Source: an uncultured Clostridia bacterium (GTDB taxonomy: Bacteria > Bacillota > Clostridia > TANB77 > CAG-508). From it: 64,000 nucleotides of DNA. The first letter of the stretch is position 1. Every line of letters starts with the position of its first letter. Of this stretch, positions 1 to 9,953 are shown in pieces. The stretch is from positions 3,163-67,162 of the forward strand of contig CAKPCK010000001.1 of assembly GCA_934141555.1 (NCBI GenBank), in the 5' to 3' direction. Position numbers and translations under genes: made by a program. A model generated the notes under the pieces. It was not told the DNA's origin, searched no databases, and saw only the letters and a list, made by a program, of their open reading frames with translations.

Positions 1-838
1 AGAAATAGTTGAAATATGTAAAGAAAACGGAATAGAAGTAACAGGAAGTGTGTTTAGGAGAACAGCAGCCGAAATAAAAGAAATAGTAGAAGTATGTAAA
101 GAAAACGGAATAGAAATAACAGGAAGTGTATTTTTAAAAACAGCAGCCGAAATAAAAGAAATAGTAGAAGTATGTAAAGAAAATGGAATAGAAGTAACAG
201 GAAGTGTATTTTTAAAAACAGCAGAGGAAATAAAAGAAATAGTGGAAGTATGTAAAGAAAACGGAATAGAAGTAACAGGAAGTGTATTTTTAAGAACAGC
301 AGCTGAAATAAAAGAAATAGTGGAAGTATGTAAAGAAAATGGAATAGAAATAACAGGAAGTGTATTTTATAGAACAGCAGCCGAAATAAAAGAAATAGTA
401 GAAGTATGTAAAGAAAACGGAATAGAAGTAACAGGAAGTGTATTTTTAAGAACAGCAGCCGAAATAAAAGAAATAGTGGAAGTGTGCAAAGAAAATGGAA
501 TAGAAGTAACAGGAAGTGTATTTAAGAGAACAGCAGCCGAAATAAAAGAAATAGTTGAAGTATGCAAAGAAAACGGAATAGAAGTAACAGGGAGTGTATT
601 TAAGAGAACAGCAGCCGAAATAAAAGAAATAGTAGAAGTATGTAAAGAAAACGGAATAGAAGTAATAGGAAGTGTATTTTTAAGAACAGCAGTCGAAATA
701 AAAGAAATAGTGGAAGTATGTAAAGAAAACGGAATAGAAGCAACAGGAAGTGTATTTAATAGAACAGCAACTGAAATAAAAGGAATAGTTGAAGTATGTA
801 AAGAAAACAGAATAGAAATAACAGGGAGTATATTTAAT
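1..838 (+). repeat. In-frame 78-bp tandem repeat, about 10.7 copies in the window; the array continues upstream.
   Basis: The string acagcagccg recurs at 62 and 140 (period 78), and the remaining units appear to keep this period. The units are near-identical at DNA level. Confidence 0.9.
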
Positions 839-1243
839 AAAAATTCAAAACAATTAAAAGAAAATATTGAATATATAAAACAAAATTATGGAGAAGAATA
901 TTTAACAACTTTAATAGTATCTAAAAATTTAAAACATCTTCAAAGAACATTACCATATTTACAAAGTATAGGAGCATTAGAAACAACAAAAACAAGTGCA
1001 TCGATTTTACTTTTAACATTAGAAGAAATAAAAGAAAGACAAGCATTTATAAAAAATATAGGTGAAACAATAGTAATAGATGGTAAATTTAATCGTATAT
1101 TTGGAATGCCCAAAAAAAGATATCAAAAAAAGGTAAAAGAATATGAAGAAAAGAAAAAAATAATAGGAGATATAAAAGGAGCAATACAAGAAGGACAAGA
1201 ACTAGATGAACAAATAAATCACAAGAAACAAGAACAAAAATAA
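2..1243 (+). CDS. Tandem-repeat protein with 26-aa units; the 5' end lies outside the window. Helical-repeat protein of unknown function, weakly mTERF-like.
   Basis: The frame is open from position 2; the track start at 50 is an internal GTG. There are at least 10 full copies of TAAEIKEIVEVCKENGIE(V/I)TGSVF(L/K/N/Y)(K/R), then 3 degenerate units and a K/E-rich tail. It ends 20 nt before addB. Confidence 0.6.
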   Translation, partial: EIVEICKENGIEVTGSVFRRTAAEIKEIVEVCKENGIEITGSVFLKTAAEIKEIVEVCKENGIEVTGSVFLKTAEEIKEIVEVCKENGIEVTGSVFLRTAAEIKEIVEVCKENGIEITGSVFYRTAAEIKEIVEVCKENGIEVTGSVFLRTAAEIKEIVEVCKENGIEVTGSVFKRTAAEIKEIVEVCKENGIEVTGSVFKRTAAEIKEIVEVCKENGIEVIGSVFLRTAVEIKEIVEVCKENGIEATGSVFNRTATEIKGIVEVCKENRIEITGSIFNKNSKQLKENIEYIKQNYGEEYLTTLIVSKNLKHLQRTLPYLQSIGALETTKTSASILLLTLEEIKERQAFIKNIGETIVIDGKFNRIFGMPKKRYQKKVKEYEEKKKIIGDIKGAIQEGQELDEQINHKKQEQK

Positions 1244-1262
1244 AAAGAAGGAGAATTAAACA

Positions 1263-4200
1263 ATGGGGTTAAGATTAATATATGGAAGAGCTGGAACAGG
1301 AAAAAGTGAAAAATGTTATAAAGAAATATCAGAAAAAATAAAACAAAACAACAAAATATTAATAATAACACCAGAGCAATTTTCATTTACAGCAGAAAAA
1401 AAGCTAATGGAAGCAATAGAAACAGAAGCAGTATTCAATGCAGAAGTTGTAACATTTAGCAGAATGGCATATAGAGTAATACAAGAAATAGGAGGAAGAA
1501 CAGAAACAAATTTAAGCAAATGTGGAAAAGCAATGTTAATATACTCAATATTAAACAATTGTAAAAAAGACCTAAAATTTCTTGGAAAAACAGACGAAAA
1601 TGTTGACATGGCAGGAACAGCAATAACAGAATTCAAAAAACACGGAATAAGTGTAGAACAATTAAAGCAAGAAACAGAAAAACAAAGTGATATATACTTA
1701 AAAAATAAATTAAACGATATAAATATGATATATGAAAAATTCCAAGAACAAATTGCTGGAAAATATATAGATGAAACAGACTTATTAACAATATTAGCAC
1801 AAAATGTGGATAAAGTACCTGATTTTAAGGATAATTTGATATATATAGATGAATTTGCAGGATTTACAAGTCAAGAATATGATATTATTCAAAAACTTGT
1901 AAAAATTGCAAAACAAGTAACAATAACAATATGTACAGACACAATACATGAAATAAAAAATGTAGATACAGACATATTTTATTCAAATCAAATAACAATA
2001 AATAAATTATTACAATTAGCATCAGAAAATGATATTAAAATAGAAGAAGTAGAATTAGAGCAAACATATAAATTTAAAACACCAGAATTAAAGCACTTAG
2101 AGAAAAATTTATATAATTCAAAAATAGACTATTTTGAACAAATTCCACAAAATATAAAAATATTTCTTGCTAAAAATCAATATTCAGAAATAGAAGAAGT
2201 GGCAAAAAAAATATATAAATTAGTAAGAGATGAAAACTACAGATATAGAGATATAGCAGTAATTACGAAAAATATAGACATATATTCAAGTTTAGCAAGA
2301 GCAATATTTGACAAATATAACATACCAATATTTATAGATGAAAATAGAGACTTGAGTCAAAACATTTTAGTACAATATGTACTCTCAATATTAGAAATAT
2401 TTACAAAAAATTGGACAGAAGAAGCAGTACTAAATTATATAAAAATAGGATTTTCAGAAATAGATGAAGATGATTTATTTAGATTAGAAAAATATTGTTT
2501 AAAATGGGGAATTAAACAAAACAAGTGGAAAAAAGAATTTACATATGGTAATTACGAAGAAAAAGATAAAGAAGAAATAGCAAGATTAGAAGAAATAAGA
2601 AAACAAATAATAGAACCATTAATAAGCTTAAAAAATAAATTAGACGAAAATAAAACAGCAGAAGGAATATCAAGGACAATATATAATTTTCTAATAGAGC
2701 AAAATATAGCAGAAAAAATAAAACAAAAACAAGAAAAATTAGAAGAGCAAGGATTAATAGATTTATCAAATGAATATCAAAACAGTATACAAACAATTAT
2801 AGATATATTAGATGAAATAGTCCTTGTTTTTAAAGATGACAAAATAACATTAGACAAATATGCTCAAATTTTAAAAGTAGGATTTAAAAATAGTAGTTTA
2901 ACAAAAATACCAGGGACACAAGACCAAGTGATGATGGGAGATATAGACAGATCAAGAAGTCATAAAGTAAAAGCAATATTTATAATAGGATTAAATGATG
3001 GAGTATTTCCAAGTGTAAGAAAAGATGAAGGATTTTTGAATGATGCTGATAGAGAGATTTTAAAACAAGATGGAATAGAACTTGCAAAAGGAACAATAGA
3101 CAAATTATATGAAGATAATTTCAATATATATAAAGCATTTACAACAGCAGAAGAAAGATTGTATTTATCATATCCATCATCAGATATGCAGGGAAAAGCA
3201 TTAAGACCATCAATGTTAATAAATAAAATCAAAAAAATCTATAAAAATATAGAAGAACAAAGTGATGTAATAGAAGAAAAATCAGAAATATTAAATCAAA
3301 ATACAACATTTGAACAATTAATAAAAAATATTAATAAATTAAAAGACACAGAAATTGAAAAAATGTGGTATTATGTATATGACTATTATAAAAAAGACGA
3401 AAATTGGAACAATAAATTACAACAAAGCTTAAAAGGATTAGACTATTCAAATTTACCAGAAAAAATAAAACAAGAAAATATAGATAAACTATATGGAAAT
3501 AAATTAACAACAAGTATATCAAAACTAGAACAATATAGAAGATGTCCATTCTCATATTTTTTACAATATGGGCTAAAAATAAAACCACAAGAAGAATTAA
3601 AAGTACAAAGTTTCGACACAGGAACATTTATGCATGAGACAATTGATGAATTTTTCTCAATTGTAAAAGAAAATGGATATCAATTATCAGAACTAACAGA
3701 AGAACAAATATCAGAAATAATAGACAAAATAATTGATGAAAAACTTTTACAAAATAAAAATTATATATTTACATCAACAGCAAAATATAGAGCATTAGTT
3801 GTAAGATTAAAAAGATTAGTAAAAAAAGCACTAAAATATATAGTGGAAACATTAACATTAAGTGAATTTAATGTATTTGGAACAGAAATAGAATTCGATG
3901 AAAAAGGAAAATATAAACCAATTAGAATAACATTAGATAATGGAAAAAATGTTGAAATAATAGGAAAAATAGACAGAATAGATACAGCACAAAATGAAGA
4001 TGGAAAATATTTAAGAATAATTGACTATAAATCATCAATAAAAAACATAGACTTAAATGAAGTATATGCAGGATTACAAATACAATTATTAACATATTTA
4101 GATGCAGCATGTAAAGAAGAAGATTTATTACCAGCAGGAATTTTATATTTCAATTTAATAGAGCAAATGGTAAAAACAGAAAAAAATATCGGAATTGAGA

Positions 4201-4619
4201 AAATAGAAGAACAAATAAGAAAAGGTTTTAAAATGAAAGGACTAATATTAGCAGATGTAAAAGTAGTAAAATTACATGATAAAAATCTAGATAGTGGATA
4301 TTCAAATTTAGTTCCAGCATATATTTCAAAGAAAACTGGAGATATAAGTGAAGGAAATTCTAGTTGTGTAAGTAAAGAAGAATTTAAAGATTTACAAGAT
4401 TATATGTATAAAGTAATAAAACAAATTTCAAATGAAATCTTAAGTGGAAAAATAGATTTAAAACCATTTTATAAAAATAAAAAAACACCATGTAGTTATT
4501 GTGATTATAGAAGTATATGTAATTTCAATAATGGAGCTTGTCAAAATAAATATAATTTCATTGATGAAAAGAGTAAAAAAGAGATATTAGAAAAAATAAA
4601 ACAGGAAAAGTCTAATTAG
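1263..4619 (+). CDS. addB: ATP-dependent helicase/deoxyribonuclease subunit B (AddB/RexB).
   Basis: N-terminal Walker A GRAGTGKS. C-terminal nuclease/Fe-S region with CPFSYF and CSYCDYRSIC cysteines. The 1118-aa length is typical. Confidence 0.9.
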   Translation: MGLRLIYGRAGTGKSEKCYKEISEKIKQNNKILIITPEQFSFTAEKKLMEAIETEAVFNAEVVTFSRMAYRVIQEIGGRTETNLSKCGKAMLIYSILNNCKKDLKFLGKTDENVDMAGTAITEFKKHGISVEQLKQETEKQSDIYLKNKLNDINMIYEKFQEQIAGKYIDETDLLTILAQNVDKVPDFKDNLIYIDEFAGFTSQEYDIIQKLVKIAKQVTITICTDTIHEIKNVDTDIFYSNQITINKLLQLASENDIKIEEVELEQTYKFKTPELKHLEKNLYNSKIDYFEQIPQNIKIFLAKNQYSEIEEVAKKIYKLVRDENYRYRDIAVITKNIDIYSSLARAIFDKYNIPIFIDENRDLSQNILVQYVLSILEIFTKNWTEEAVLNYIKIGFSEIDEDDLFRLEKYCLKWGIKQNKWKKEFTYGNYEEKDKEEIARLEEIRKQIIEPLISLKNKLDENKTAEGISRTIYNFLIEQNIAEKIKQKQEKLEEQGLIDLSNEYQNSIQTIIDILDEIVLVFKDDKITLDKYAQILKVGFKNSSLTKIPGTQDQVMMGDIDRSRSHKVKAIFIIGLNDGVFPSVRKDEGFLNDADREILKQDGIELAKGTIDKLYEDNFNIYKAFTTAEERLYLSYPSSDMQGKALRPSMLINKIKKIYKNIEEQSDVIEEKSEILNQNTTFEQLIKNINKLKDTEIEKMWYYVYDYYKKDENWNNKLQQSLKGLDYSNLPEKIKQENIDKLYGNKLTTSISKLEQYRRCPFSYFLQYGLKIKPQEELKVQSFDTGTFMHETIDEFFSIVKENGYQLSELTEEQISEIIDKIIDEKLLQNKNYIFTSTAKYRALVVRLKRLVKKALKYIVETLTLSEFNVFGTEIEFDEKGKYKPIRITLDNGKNVEIIGKIDRIDTAQNEDGKYLRIIDYKSSIKNIDLNEVYAGLQIQLLTYLDAACKEEDLLPAGILYFNLIEQMVKTEKNIGIEKIEEQIRKGFKMKGLILADVKVVKLHDKNLDSGYSNLVPAYISKKTGDISEGNSSCVSKEEFKDLQDYMYKVIKQISNEILSGKIDLKPFYKNKKTPCSYCDYRSICNFNNGACQNKYNFIDEKSKKEILEKIKQEKSN

Positions 4620-4711
4620 CTTAGAATAAGAAAAGGCTTGGCTTATAAGGTGTAAGAAAGAAATGACAGAAGCCAAAAAAAGTTAAGTTTCAGGAAAGGA
4701 ATATCAAAATA

Positions 4712-5551
4712 ATGAAAGACTTATCTAATGAAAATGTAATTCATATCGTTAAAGATGGGGTACAATATTTACAATTTAGAAGATTATTAGAATATAGTGA
4801 TATTTTAGTACATGCCTATAGTTTAGGAATAGATAAAAACTTTAGGACTGCAAGAGCAAAAACTGCAGAACAAATAACTAAAGAAGAATTTAAAGAAGCC
4901 AGTAAAGACTATGCAGATTTATGTAATGCTATTGAAGTGAACTATATAGATGTAGTAAAACCAAATCAAGCACATACTAAAAATGTAAAAAAAGTAGATG
5001 AACATGTAAACATTAACAAACCAGACTTTAACTTAAAGGAATATGATTTAACAGATGGTTTAATAACAAACAAATCTAATATTTTATTAGCAACAACAAA
5101 TGCAGATTGTATATTATTAATGTTTTTTGATCCAATAAAAAAAGCAATAGCAAATGTACATTCAGGATGGAAAGGTACACTTCAAAGAATTTCAGTGGAA
5201 ACAGTTGAAAAAATGCAAAAAGAATATGGAAGCAATCCAAAAGATATTATTTGTTGCATATGTCCAAGTATAAGAAAATGTCATTTTGAAGTTGAAAAAG
5301 ATGTACAAACTTTATTTGAAAATGAGTTTAAAGATTTAAAATTAGATGAAATTATAGAAAGAAAATCAGAAAGTAAATGGCTAATAGATACAGTAAAGAT
5401 AAATGAAGAAATTTTGCAAAAAGCAGGACTAAAAAAAGAAAATATTGTAGATTGTGGAATTTGTAGTGTTTGTAATTCCGATTTAATACATTCATATAGA
5501 GTAGAAAAAGAAAAATATGGATTATCAACTGCAATAATTGGATTAAAATAG
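4712..5551 (+). CDS. pgeF: Peptidoglycan editing factor PgeF/YfiH (DUF152, laccase-domain protein).
   Basis: Motifs TNADCILL, HSGWKGT and CGICSVCNSDLIHSYR. Confidence 0.85.
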   Translation: MKDLSNENVIHIVKDGVQYLQFRRLLEYSDILVHAYSLGIDKNFRTARAKTAEQITKEEFKEASKDYADLCNAIEVNYIDVVKPNQAHTKNVKKVDEHVNINKPDFNLKEYDLTDGLITNKSNILLATTNADCILLMFFDPIKKAIANVHSGWKGTLQRISVETVEKMQKEYGSNPKDIICCICPSIRKCHFEVEKDVQTLFENEFKDLKLDEIIERKSESKWLIDTVKINEEILQKAGLKKENIVDCGICSVCNSDLIHSYRVEKEKYGLSTAIIGLK

Positions 5552-5572
5552 TAGAAAAGGAAATGTTGTAAA

Positions 5573-7027
5573 ATGGAAGAATTTAAAGTTGTAATGCAAA
5601 TATTATATAAAGAAAACAAATATTTAATTTTATTAAATACAAAACATCAAAAATATTTTTTAAAAATATTAGATGATGAAAAATTTATGTATCCAACAAT
5701 GCAAGAATTTACAGAATTATATAGTATTTTTGAAAACAATGAAATAAGAAATAAATGTTATCAAAAAGGTTTTCAACAAGCTGAAAACAATTCAAAATTT
5801 AAACATAAAAAGTTAAAATTTGAACCTAAAATTATTTTAGAAAAGACTTTAGTTTCCCTAGTAACAGCAATTGCAATTTTAAATGCTGGACAAAGTGTAA
5901 AAGCTGAGTGGAATAATCAAGAGATAATTAACAAAGACCAGATTCAGAATCAAATTGATTTAATAGGAAGAGAAGATATTAATCAAGAAAATTCAAGCAA
6001 TGAATTAGTAACGATTCAAAGATTTGCACCAAATGAGTATAAGTTATTAACAGGAAATTCTGGAAGAGATTTATATTTTGACTCTGTAGATGAGTTTTCT
6101 ACCTACTTAGGCGGAGAAAAAGTAACATATCAAGAAATTGAAAATAAAATTCGTCAAAGTAAAAATATCCCACAAAAGTATAAGGGGATTTTAATAGAAG
6201 GCTTAGAAAATCTAAAAGAAACAATGCCTAATTTAAACTTATCTGTGTTAAATCAACATTTAAATAGAGGATTAAAAATTGTGGAAAAAACAGGTAAGGA
6301 AATTACTGAGCAAGAAGGAAAAAATTCTATAGCAGCATTTGACAAATCAAACAGTACAATGATTGTAAATCCTCAAAATGTTAATGAAGAAACTTTGTTA
6401 CATGAATTAGCACATGCAATTACAGGAATTATAATGCAAAAATATGGAAAAAATATATACATGGGAACTGAAGCAATAATTTATTTTAAAGATAGTGAAC
6501 AATTAGAAATATATGGAAGTGGATTCTCAGAGGGAATTGCAGATATTATTGCTCAAAAAGCATTAGGTGACAAAGGAATTCAAAATGGTAGTTATCAACC
6601 AATAAGTGAGCAGTTAGAAGTAATGTTAAATGTAACGAAAATGAATTCAACAGATTTTGTGAATAAAGGTACAACTCGATTTATTCAAAATTCTAAAAAA
6701 GTAGGAGTAGAAAATGTTTATGATAATATATCTAGTTGTGATATGTTATGCACAGCTTTACAAAAAGGAATGAGTATAAAATCAGAAATGAATGTTAAAC
6801 AGAATTTGTATGATTTTTTAATAAATTATGCTTCAAAACAATTAAGAGAAGGAATGAGCAAAGAAAAAGTAATAAAAAGTATAGACAATGCAATATTTAA
6901 TACAACATTTTCAAATATGGTTGTATTTGAGGATGGTAAAGCTGTAGAAAGTTTTGAAATGATGGATTTGAGAAATGAAATAGTAAATGAAATTCAAAAA
7001 CAAAAAATAGAAATTGAAAGAGATTAG
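5573..7027 (+). CDS. Membrane-anchored hypothetical protein with an HExxH zinc-metalloprotease-like motif.
   Basis: One predicted TM segment (TLVSLVTAIAILNAG) follows an ~85-aa N-terminal domain. LLHELAHAITG lies in the extracytoplasmic part. No further family assignment. Confidence 0.45.
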   Translation: MEEFKVVMQILYKENKYLILLNTKHQKYFLKILDDEKFMYPTMQEFTELYSIFENNEIRNKCYQKGFQQAENNSKFKHKKLKFEPKIILEKTLVSLVTAIAILNAGQSVKAEWNNQEIINKDQIQNQIDLIGREDINQENSSNELVTIQRFAPNEYKLLTGNSGRDLYFDSVDEFSTYLGGEKVTYQEIENKIRQSKNIPQKYKGILIEGLENLKETMPNLNLSVLNQHLNRGLKIVEKTGKEITEQEGKNSIAAFDKSNSTMIVNPQNVNEETLLHELAHAITGIIMQKYGKNIYMGTEAIIYFKDSEQLEIYGSGFSEGIADIIAQKALGDKGIQNGSYQPISEQLEVMLNVTKMNSTDFVNKGTTRFIQNSKKVGVENVYDNISSCDMLCTALQKGMSIKSEMNVKQNLYDFLINYASKQLREGMSKEKVIKSIDNAIFNTTFSNMVVFEDGKAVESFEMMDLRNEIVNEIQKQKIEIERD

Positions 7028-7053
7028 AGAGATACAAGAGGACATAAAATTAT

Positions 7054-7989
7054 ATGTATAAGGAGGAAGAATTGATAATCCCAGAGAAATTAAAAAAAGG
7101 CGATTTGATAGGAGTTGTTGCACCATCAAATCCCATAATTGGAGAAAATATAGAAGAAATTCAAAGTGCAAAAAAAATAATTGAAAATTTAGGTTTTAAA
7201 GTGAAATTTGCTACAAATTTATTTTCAAATACAAATAAATATAGTTCGAGTGCCAAGGAAAAAGCACAAGATATAAATGAGATGTTTGAAGATAAAATGA
7301 TAAAAATGATATGGTGTGCTAAAGGTGGAGAAAATAGTAATTCAACATTTGAATATCTTAATTTTGAATTAATAAAACAAAATCCTAAAATAATTTGTGG
7401 ATATAGTGATATAACATCATTAACAAATATAATAACTCAAAGAACAGGTTTAATTACATATAGTAGTACAAATTTTAAAACAATTGCAACAGATGAAACA
7501 GATTATAGTTTAAAACAAGTATTAAGCAGATTTGTAGAAGGAAATTTGCAATTAGGGGAATCAGAAGATTACAAAATAATTCAAAAAGGAAGGGGAGAAG
7601 GAAAACTAATTGGCGGAAATTTAAGTTTGACAAGAGCTTTGGTATCAGGAAAATATAATATAGATTTCACAGACAAAATATTATTTCTAGAGGAATTGGG
7701 ATTTGAAACAGATCCTGCTCTTATAAGTAATTATTTATATTATATGAAACAAAATGAAGTATTTAAAAAAGTAAAAGGTATATGGCTAGGAAATTATACA
7801 CACGAAAGTCAAATAACATTAGAACAAATTTTGTTAGATACAATAGGTGATGAATTTAAAGGGCCAATTATAAAATCAGATAATTTTGGGCATATCGAGA
7901 AAAAAATAGTAGTTCCAATAGGAACAAATGCTCAAATAGACACGGCTATGAAATTACCAATTAAATTGTTGGAAAATTGTGTAAAATAA
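7054..7989 (+). CDS. ldcA: LD-carboxypeptidase (peptidase S66, muramoyltetrapeptide carboxypeptidase).
   Basis: LKKGDLIGVVAPS N-terminus and GYSDITSL nucleophile motif. The start may instead be TTG at 7072, 5 nt after AAGGAGG. Confidence 0.8.
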   Translation: MYKEEELIIPEKLKKGDLIGVVAPSNPIIGENIEEIQSAKKIIENLGFKVKFATNLFSNTNKYSSSAKEKAQDINEMFEDKMIKMIWCAKGGENSNSTFEYLNFELIKQNPKIICGYSDITSLTNIITQRTGLITYSSTNFKTIATDETDYSLKQVLSRFVEGNLQLGESEDYKIIQKGRGEGKLIGGNLSLTRALVSGKYNIDFTDKILFLEELGFETDPALISNYLYYMKQNEVFKKVKGIWLGNYTHESQITLEQILLDTIGDEFKGPIIKSDNFGHIEKKIVVPIGTNAQIDTAMKLPIKLLENCVK

Positions 7990-7991
7990 AA

Positions 7992-8042
7992 AAGGATTCA
8001 AAAATTCAAAATACTTTTTGGTATAATGGATTTTGAATCCTT
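7992..8042. terminator. Bidirectional hairpin between convergent ldcA and the radical SAM gene.
   Basis: aaggattcaaaa (7992-8003) pairs with ttttgaatcctt (8031-8042). The loop is large and contains an inner caaaa/ttttg hairpin. Confidence 0.5.
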
Positions 8043-8045
8043 TTA

Positions 8046-9002
8046 TTAATTTTTAAAATATTTTCCTTGCCATAAGTCATTATCGCGAAGATATTTATCA
8101 AGACCATTCATAATCCATTTTTTGTGAGAATTCCAATCAGGAGCAACAAGCAAATCTTTAGGAGCATCACCTGAAATACGATGAATAACAATATTAGGAT
8201 TAATATGTGATAAAATATATCCTGCACATTCTAAGTAATATTCAAGAGAAATAGGAGAATATGTTCCATCATAATACATATTAGCTAAAACTGTGTTTTT
8301 AACTACATAAGTGCAATGAATTTTTAAACCTTGAATATTGTGTTTATTAATAAAAGTAACAGTGTTTTTTATATCTTCGAAAGACTCATTTGGCAATCCA
8401 ACCATGATATGTGTAACAATATCAATATTATATTTATTAAGTAAAGAAACAGCATCTGAAAACTGTTGTGAAGAATAACCTCTATTAATTAATTTACCAG
8501 TTTCATAATTAGAAGTCTGTAAACCAAGTTCAACCCAAATATAATATTTATTGCAATAAGATTTTAATAGTTTGCAAACATCTTCATTTATACAATCAGG
8601 ACGAGTAGCAATAGCTAAAGCAACAATTTTATCATCAATTAAAGCAGAATCATATTTAAGTTTTAAATTATGAATAGAATCATAAGTATTAGTAAAATTC
8701 TGAAAATAGGCAATAAATTTATTTGCTCTTTTAGCTTTGTATGTTGTAAAATAATTTTTGACTTGGCTAGAAATAAAGTCTTTAATACTATATGAATTAG
8801 ATTGAAATTTTATATGATCACCAGATCCTCGGTTACTGCAAAAAATACAGCCACCCTTGCTAATAGTTCCATCTCTATTAGGACATGAAAAACCTCCATC
8901 AATACAGATTTTTAAAGTTCGTTCACCAAATTTATCTTTCAAATATTTATTTAAATGTTTATATCTCTCTAAATTTTCCATAATAAAAATAGTATAGCAC
9001 AA
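8046..9002 (-). CDS. TIGR01212-family radical SAM protein (YtqA-like).
   Basis: CPNRDGTISKGGCIFCS cluster motif and family-typical length. The start may be the internal Met at 8981. Confidence 0.8.
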   Translation of the reverse strand: MCYTIFIMENLERYKHLNKYLKDKFGERTLKICIDGGFSCPNRDGTISKGGCIFCSNRGSGDHIKFQSNSYSIKDFISSQVKNYFTTYKAKRANKFIAYFQNFTNTYDSIHNLKLKYDSALIDDKIVALAIATRPDCINEDVCKLLKSYCNKYYIWVELGLQTSNYETGKLINRGYSSQQFSDAVSLLNKYNIDIVTHIMVGLPNESFEDIKNTVTFINKHNIQGLKIHCTYVVKNTVLANMYYDGTYSPISLEYYLECAGYILSHINPNIVIHRISGDAPKDLLVAPDWNSHKKWIMNGLDKYLRDNDLWQGKYFKN

Positions 9003-9006
9003 AAAC

Positions 9007-9035
9007 TTGAAAAAACCAAGACAATAATATATAAT
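9007..9035 (+). promoter_or_regulatory. SigmaA-type promoter candidate.
   Basis: TTGAAA, 17-nt spacer, TATAAT, about 95 nt upstream of the yihY-like gene. Confidence 0.45.
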
Positions 9036-9131
9036 AAATTCACATATTTATTTTGTACAAAAAATCACCAATTAGGTCACTTTTTATTATAAAATAAAAA
9101 TAATTAAAAAAACAAATTTCAGGAGAAAATT

Positions 9132-9953
9132 ATGTTAAAAGAAAAAATTAGTGAATTGTCAGAAAATATGAAAAAAGATCATATAAATGAAAGTTCAGCA
9201 CAATGTGCATATTATACAATATTATCATTTATACCATTTATAATGTTAGTAATAACACTTATACAGTATACAGGAATTGTACCTCAAACATTATTTGATG
9301 CAATATCAAAAATTGTACCATCAAGTATGAATGAAATGATATTGGGAATTGTTCAAGAAGTTTATTCAAAATCAATAGGAACAATTTCAATATCTGTAAT
9401 ATTCACAATATGGGCAGCAGGAAAAGGATTATATGCATTGACAAATGGATTACAAGTTGTGTATAATACGGGAAGTAAAAAAGAAACATCATACATATAC
9501 AATAGAATAAAAGCAGTAGTTGAAACAATTGTATTTATTATATTAATTGTGATGGGATTAACAGTATTAGTATTTGGAGATGGAATTATAAGTATAATAA
9601 AGGAAAAGTTTGGAACATTAAAAAATTATAATATAATATCATCAATTTTTACAGAAATTGGGCTTATATTTATAACATTTATAATATTTTTATTATTATA
9701 TAAATTTATGCCTAGACATAAAGTATCATTTAAATATCATGTATATGGAGCTATATTTGGTGCAATAGCACTTAATATAATTTCATTTATATTTTCAAGA
9801 TATTTAACAATATTTAAAGGTTTCTCAATAACATATGGAAGTTTAACAACATTAATGTTAATAATGATGTGGACATATTCATGTTTTTATGCATTATTTT
9901 TAGGCGCAGAATTAAATAAAATAATAAATCAAGGAAGGAAAAATAAAAAATGA
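9132..9953 (+). CDS. YihY/BrkB family membrane protein.
   Basis: Multi-TM protein with the family-typical N-terminus (ESSAQCAYYTILSFIPFIM) and a TYGSL...MWTY..F.LGAELN C-terminal motif. Confidence 0.8.
   Translation: MLKEKISELSENMKKDHINESSAQCAYYTILSFIPFIMLVITLIQYTGIVPQTLFDAISKIVPSSMNEMILGIVQEVYSKSIGTISISVIFTIWAAGKGLYALTNGLQVVYNTGSKKETSYIYNRIKAVVETIVFIILIVMGLTVLVFGDGIISIIKEKFGTLKNYNIISSIFTEIGLIFITFIIFLLLYKFMPRHKVSFKYHVYGAIFGAIALNIISFIFSRYLTIFKGFSITYGSLTTLMLIMMWTYSCFYALFLGAELNKIINQGRKNKK

Noticed and set aside
1-838. Regular 78-bp repeats considered as a possible CRISPR array.
   Set aside because: The repeats are contiguous with no spacers. They are in frame and translate into a coherent 26-aa protein repeat. 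No cas genes are present.
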